Below are positions 62,348 to 64,000 of a stretch of 64,000 nt of DNA, in pieces (positions within the stretch are counted from its first letter, which is position 1; every line of letters begins with the position of its first letter). Source of the DNA: Candidatus Saccharimonadota bacterium (GTDB lineage Bacteria > Patescibacteriota > Saccharimonadia > Saccharimonadales > JAGQMS01); contig JAGQMS010000002.1 in NCBI GenBank assembly GCA_020428535.1, positions 3,210 through 67,209 of the forward strand, read 5' to 3'. Made by a program: the position numbers and the translations under genes. Under the pieces are notes generated by a model. It made no database searches and had not been told where the DNA came from. It saw nothing but the letters and a program-made list of their open reading frames with translations.

Positions 62348-64000
62348 CCCTCGGCTTGTTTGTTAAACATTTCAGCATATTTTGAATTATGCTGCACTAA
62401 TTCCGAATGAGTACCGGATTCAACAATTTTGCCTTCATCTATTACTACTATATGGTCAGCTTTCCTCACCGTCGAGAATCTATGAGATACGATTATTGCT
62501 GTTTTACCATCGTGCTTTTCGAAGATATTATTGAAGATTTCATATTCAGCTTTTGCATCTATTGCGCTTGTTGGCTCGTCAAGAATAATCATATTGGCAT
62601 TTCTATAGAAAGCTCTTGCAAGGGCAATTCTTTGCCACTGACCACCACTAAGATCGACACCGTCTTTGAATGACATATCTAGGTAAGTTTTATATTTCTT
62701 GGGTAACTTTTGTATGAGATTATGTGCACCACTCAATTTTGCTGACTTTTCAACAGCATTTTGATCTACACCGATACCAGATATAGCTATATTATCTGTA
62801 GCACTCATTGCATAATGATTGAAATCTTGAAAAAGTGTTGCTACTTGAGAATAAAGTGAATTTATTTTGATATCCCTTATATCTACTCCGTTTATCAATA
62901 TTTCACCGGAATCAAGTAAATAAAATCGCATCAAAAGCTTAATTAAAGTAGACTTCCCTGCACCGTTTTCACCTACGATGGCCACTTTATCACCTGATTC
63001 AATTTTCAAATTCAAATTATCAAAAACTTTATACTCAGTATTAGGGTAATGAAAAGTTGCATTTTTAAATTCGATCGTTATTTTTGGGCCTTTTATAGCA
63101 ACAGCATTTGGCTTGTCTATTATTGTTGGCTTCAATGTCAAGAACTCTCGGAAAATAGTAGTAAATTGCAGACCGTCTTGCATTCTTGCTATGTCCCCAA
63201 ATACACCATAAAGTGCTCCGTCAAGACGAAATACCAATGATATATTGAAGAAATATTGGTCGAGGGGTATCGCTTTATTTATTACCTGAAGGAGTAGCCA
63301 GCCCTGGGCAACTATTTCACGACTGATTTGAGCTAAGATTGCAAAGCCAGCTAGCCAGTTCGAGCCGTATACCAATTCTATCTGGCGTATTTGGTACTTT
63401 TTTACTAGATTATCAATAACCCCAAATAGTCTGGGTGCGGCGTTCAAAGCGCGTATTTCAAACTGCTCTTTCATACTCGTGAACTTCGACATAATGTTCC
63501 AGTAGATATGCATTGAATCGTTTTGTTCGTCCCATACAAACCACCCGATTTTTGCCATTTTAGCTTCGTACAAAAAAGCCGGGATAAGCATAAGAGCGAA
63601 AAGGGGTGTTATCCACCATGCCAGAATTGAAAGCGTAGCGATAGTAGCTAGCATATTAACAATTCCATGGACAAGACGGAGTGAGTCGAAAGATGTATTA
63701 GCGATTTTCCAAGTGTAAGCCTGATTAATTTTGTTCACATCATCTCTAACACTCTGTTCGCCCATACTTTTTAAATCAATTGTCATTAGCTGTCTTGCGA
63801 ATTGCATAGTTGCCCAATGCGAGGTACCAAAATAAATTGGCCTCTCAATGATGTGCATAGTCCGATAAGCTACGTAACCAATAACATTTAACGACATCGC
63901 AAACGCGAAAGTTTGCCAAATTCTTTGGTTAGCAATTGACCCGGCAAGTACTTGTACGATATTTGCACTTAGTTTTGCATTAAAATAGTAGGAACTAAGG
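62338..64000 (-). CDS. ABC exporter (fused TMD-NBD, MsbA-like); the N-terminus probably lies beyond the window end
   Basis: Walker A GENGAGKST, signature LSGGQWQR, Walker B MIILDEPTS, H-loop VSHR. The frame stays open upstream of the first Met at 63897. Confidence 0.85.
   Translation of the reverse strand, partial: LSSYYFNAKLSANIVQVLAGSIANQRIWQTFAFAMSLNVIGYVAYRTMHIIERPIYFGTSHWATMQFARQLMTIDLKSMGEQSVRDDVNKINQAYTWKIANTSFDSLRLVHGIVNMLATIATLSILAWWITPLFALMLIPAFLYEAKMAKIGWFVWDEQNDSMHIYWNIMSKFTSMKEQFEIRALNAAPRLFGVIDNLVKKYQIRQIELVYGSNWLAGFAILAQISREIVAQGWLLLQVINKAIPLDQYFFNISLVFRLDGALYGVFGDIARMQDGLQFTTIFREFLTLKPTIIDKPNAVAIKGPKITIEFKNATFHYPNTEYKVFDNLNLKIESGDKVAIVGENGAGKSTLIKLLMRFYLLDSGEILINGVDIRDIKINSLYSQVATLFQDFNHYAMSATDNIAISGIGVDQNAVEKSAKLSGAHNLIQKLPKKYKTYLDMSFKDGVDLSGGQWQRIALARAFYRNANMIILDEPTSAIDAKAEYEIFNNIFEKHDGKTAIIVSHRFSTVRKADHIVVIDEGKIVESGTHSELVQHNSKYAEMFNKQAEGYR

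Noticed and set aside
1-64000. Alternative genetic code (UGA recoding), as in some CPR lineages.
   Set aside because: TGA terminates well-supported genes at sensible lengths, for example the sigma factor at 3360-3362, the beta-helix protein at 45974-45976 and the 63-aa ORF at 51567-51569. Conserved proteins show no in-frame TGA.

Overview
This is an AT-rich, tightly packed bacterial chromosome segment with about 85 protein genes and 2 tRNAs. I found no rRNA, no CRISPR array and no recognisable transposase or integrase. The gene content includes many small lineage-specific unknowns, secE-nusG-rplK/rplA/rplJ/rplL, dnaX-dnaB-ybaB-recR, cysS, queA, typA, GT4/GT2 glycosyltransferases and an archaeal-type glycogen synthase with GH57 and GH15. 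That mix resembles a reduced-genome Patescibacteria/CPR organism, possibly Saccharibacteria-like, but this is inference only. The genetic code looks standard, because TGA terminates well-supported genes. No single known defence or mobile system is evident. Things worth a second look: (1) The normally contiguous secE-nusG-rplKAJL block is interrupted, by small unknown ORFs welded between nusG/rplK/rplA and by a ~7 kb accessory block (dcd-tmk-thyX, a GGDEF cyclase, a PaaX-like protein, unknowns) between rplA and rplJ. (2) There are several visibly GC-rich islands: a GNAT gene with a strong SD, and a 51.0-52.6 kb block carrying two small membrane proteins that splits a small-ORF pair from dinB and is bracketed by near-identical palindromes. 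(3) tRNA-Trp is followed by repeated copies of its own 3' end. (4) There are at least two GC-rich, helix-closed non-coding regions that look like unclassified structured RNAs. (5) Many genes have a TATAAT-like hexamer 6-8 nt before the ATG, which implies leaderless mRNAs; two unrelated genes share a 37-nt promoter module. All GC statements are by eye. No homology search, RNA folding or statistics were run.
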